From Dimorphilus gyrociliatus (taxonomy: Eukaryota > Animalia > Annelida): DNA of 64,000 nucleotides. The notes below the pieces were generated by a model that saw only the letters and a list, made by a program, of their open reading frames with translations, was not told where the DNA came from and searched no databases. Position 1 is the stretch's first letter. Each line of letters starts with the position of its first letter. The stretch covers positions 2,433,700 to 2,497,699 of the forward strand of contig CAJFCJ010000019.1 of the NCBI GenBank assembly GCA_904063045.1. The letters run 5' to 3'. The position numbers and the translations under genes are program-made. Shown here piece by piece: positions 61,813 through 64,000 of this stretch.

Positions 61813-62277
61813 ATGAATGAAGGAGATACGCCATACGTTAGTCCACGATTATGGACACCAAGCCAACAAGTTGAAGAGAGGAATAGAGATATTCGGGCGA
61901 GTGTTGTGAGGGAATCAACAGGTTTAACTCCGCCATCTAAATTTTTGGGGGCTGGTACAATTTTTATGGGTGTCGTTGTTTTTATTACTGGTTTAATTAT
62001 TCTGATTTTATCCATTGGAAAAGTAATCTCAGTCGTTGTGGGAAGAGTATTCGGAGTAATTCTCATACTGACTGGTTTCTTGGTTCTCCTCTTTGGATCA
62101 ATATATTTCGGTATAGTTGTTTCGAGACATGGTAAAATAATGAAGGATAGAGAAAAACTTGAAAGAATGAGGACTGAATATATGAACAGTAATTCATGGG
62201 CGAATAAGACGGAAAATGTTAGAAGAACACCCGAAGAGTTAGCCAAGATAAGTAATCTCTTTCAAGCAAAATCATAA
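61813..62277 (+). CDS. Small two-TM protein, loosely PIRT/TMEM100-like
   Basis: Two hydrophobic helices (IFMGVVVFITGLIILILSIG; VFGVILILTGFLVLLFGSIYFGIVV) followed by a basic/charged tail. The family call is tentative. Confidence 0.55.
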   Translation: MNEGDTPYVSPRLWTPSQQVEERNRDIRASVVRESTGLTPPSKFLGAGTIFMGVVVFITGLIILILSIGKVISVVVGRVFGVILILTGFLVLLFGSIYFGIVVSRHGKIMKDREKLERMRTEYMNSNSWANKTENVRRTPEELAKISNLFQAKS

Positions 62278-62477
62278 AAAACAAAATCGCCAGTTTCCAT
62301 TAGTTTGTTTGTTTGTTTGTACATAATGATATAAGATATGAATATTACTATTGTTGTTATTCTTTTCTAAAAATTAGTTTATCATGTATATTGTATCTTG
62401 TAAATTATTGTAGGATTGGAATATTAATAACAAGCTATAAGTCAATATAGTATAAAATAGCAGATGACGCTTCTTGA

Positions 62478-64000
62478 CTAATTGAAAGTTTTCGTTCCGG
62501 TAATGTAAAATTTGGAATGGAGAATATTCGACGGCAGACTAGTTTGTTGGAATGGTTGTTGACCTCCGACATAAACGTTTAGCGTTCCTAAATAGTATGA
62601 TTAAGATACTTATTTATATCATATCAATTACGTATAATACCTTGCTCAATTACGTAGGAATCATGCTTCCAACCGGCCATAATTTGATATGGAATTCTCA
62701 TTGTAACCTTTACAGTTTCTCCAATTTTTACTCTTTCTATCCTTTTGAAATCTGCTAACTGAATCTTTGGCATAGTCACACTTGGACTCTCCCAACTGAT
62801 GTATGCTTGAACAACCTCATCACCGGTGTACCAACCAACATTTGATAGAGAAACTGATAGTTCAAGATCTTTTCCCGCCTTGATGATAGCGTATTTTAAT
62901 TGTAATTGACTATACTGGAAAACCGTATAAGACAAGCCATATCTGTGAAAATTTAACAGCGTTTTATAATACTTCTTTTAGGGATAATTTGCTACTTTAA
63001 TCAAAAAGAATTAGTATTACCCAAAAGGGTACATAGGATTTCCTTCAAAGTATCTATAAGTCCTTTTATTCATCGAATAATCAATCATCGGTGGTACTTG
63101 AGCTAAGGTGGTTGGCCAAGTTGCCACCAACCTGCCAGCTGGATTGGCGTAGTCTTCCCTTAAGGTAAGGACATCAAAAAGAGCCTCTCCTGTGGCTTGG
63201 GCAGGATATCCAATTGTAAATATAGCATCAACAAGAGGGTTATCTTTAGCCCAACTAATATCTACTGGACCGGCGTTAAACAGTAGAACTATCAAACGAG
63301 CTCCAGACATTTCTGTTCAAAATATACATACAATTCTTTTATATAGAATGAAAATACTATTCTCTATTTGAATGAAACAGACTAGTTTTAGCGGCATCCA
63401 TTATAAGACGAGTTTGATTTCCTGGGAGTTCTAAATTTGCTCTATCATTTCCCTCTCCTTCCCAACTTCCCAAACCCATACAAGCAATAATGTAGTCGGC
63501 ATCATTAACGGCTGAAGCTATGGTGAGGGAATCGTACTTGTGGCATCCTATATCGAAACATCCTTCTGCTTTTGTAACAAGTTTTCCTAGATTTTTTAAA
63601 CCGGTCCAAGGGGTTGTTGTATATTTCGGTTCTACGTGAGCTGCATACGATCCAAATTGTTGGTTGGCATCGTCGACAAAAGGACCGATAAGAGCTACCT
63701 TTCGAGGTTTTGATCGAATGGGAAGAGCTTCCCGGTTATTTTTTAAAAGGACAAAACTCTGAACAGCAGCCAATAAAGCCGTGTTCGTGTGAGCACGGTT
63801 GTGAATAATATCATCAAATTTGTAGGTATTATAGATATTATATTCAGGGGGATCAAATTCCCCTAATTTTAATCTAGTAAGAAAGAGAGGCTTGATAGCT
63901 TCTCTGACAGTTGATTCTTTAATCAGGCCTCTTCCTACAGCTTCAATTAAAAGAGAATAGGGCGATTTTCCTCCAGGCATATTAAAATTTGTTCCGGCAT
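62478..64000 (-). CDS. Glycoside hydrolase family 3 beta-xylosidase-like protein (3' part; 5' end lies beyond the window)
   Basis: RLKLGEFDPP, AAVQSFVLLKN, EGEGNDRANLELPGNQ, GYPAQATGEALFDVL, PAGRLVATWP, RTYRYFEGNPMYPFGYGLSYTVF, a Fn3-like GDEVVQAY domain and last exon GTLNVYVGGQQP..*. Confidence 0.92.

Noticed and set aside
61797-62246. 149-aa antisense ORF overlapping the two-TM gene
   Set aside because: It starts at a non-ATG codon, has no recognisable domain, and is explained as the shadow of the sense ORF's hydrophobic codons.
1-64000. Prokaryotic origin, CRISPR arrays, rRNA/tRNA genes, autonomous transposons
   Set aside because: GT-AG introns and animal-specific genes occur throughout. 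I saw no spaced direct repeats, tRNA cloverleaf, rRNA motifs, transposase or reverse-transcriptase ORFs.

Overview
AT-rich, very gene-dense eukaryotic (animal) DNA with short spliceosomal introns, mostly about 50-110 nt. The JAK, TRPC and Ly6 genes plus tiny intergenic gaps suggest a compact invertebrate genome, possibly spiralian; the taxon is an inference. I reconstructed about 25 protein-coding genes by hand splicing. Recognisable genes: DUF218/YdcF-like, TXNL1, ankyrin-SOCS box, TSTD2, PPOX, NDUFB3, PAFAH1B2/3, a TRPC channel, METTL26, an A1CF/RBM46/RBM47/DND1-family RRM gene, an Elongin C paralog, JAK, PMS2, NVL, EXOC4, RNF26-like, CDKAL1, a Ly6 three-finger protein and a partial GH3 beta-xylosidase. 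Several others are uncharacterised. The strongest leads are: (1) a 13-exon, about 754-aa protein with an N-terminal extended LOTUS domain, a long S/R-rich disordered linker of phase-0 cassette exons, two C-terminal RRMs and no Tudor domain; (2) a protein of about six tandem divergent ubiquitin-like domains; (3) a bacterial-type DUF218 gene with a spliceosomal intron; (4) TXNL1 whose active site reads WSGPC, not WCGPC; (5) a divergent Elongin C paralog next to JAK; (6) three phase-compatible alternative first exons for the TRPC channel; (7) same-strand genes only 53 nt apart. No rRNA, tRNA, CRISPR or autonomous transposon was seen. All assignments come from reading the sequence and remembered family motifs; no searches were run.
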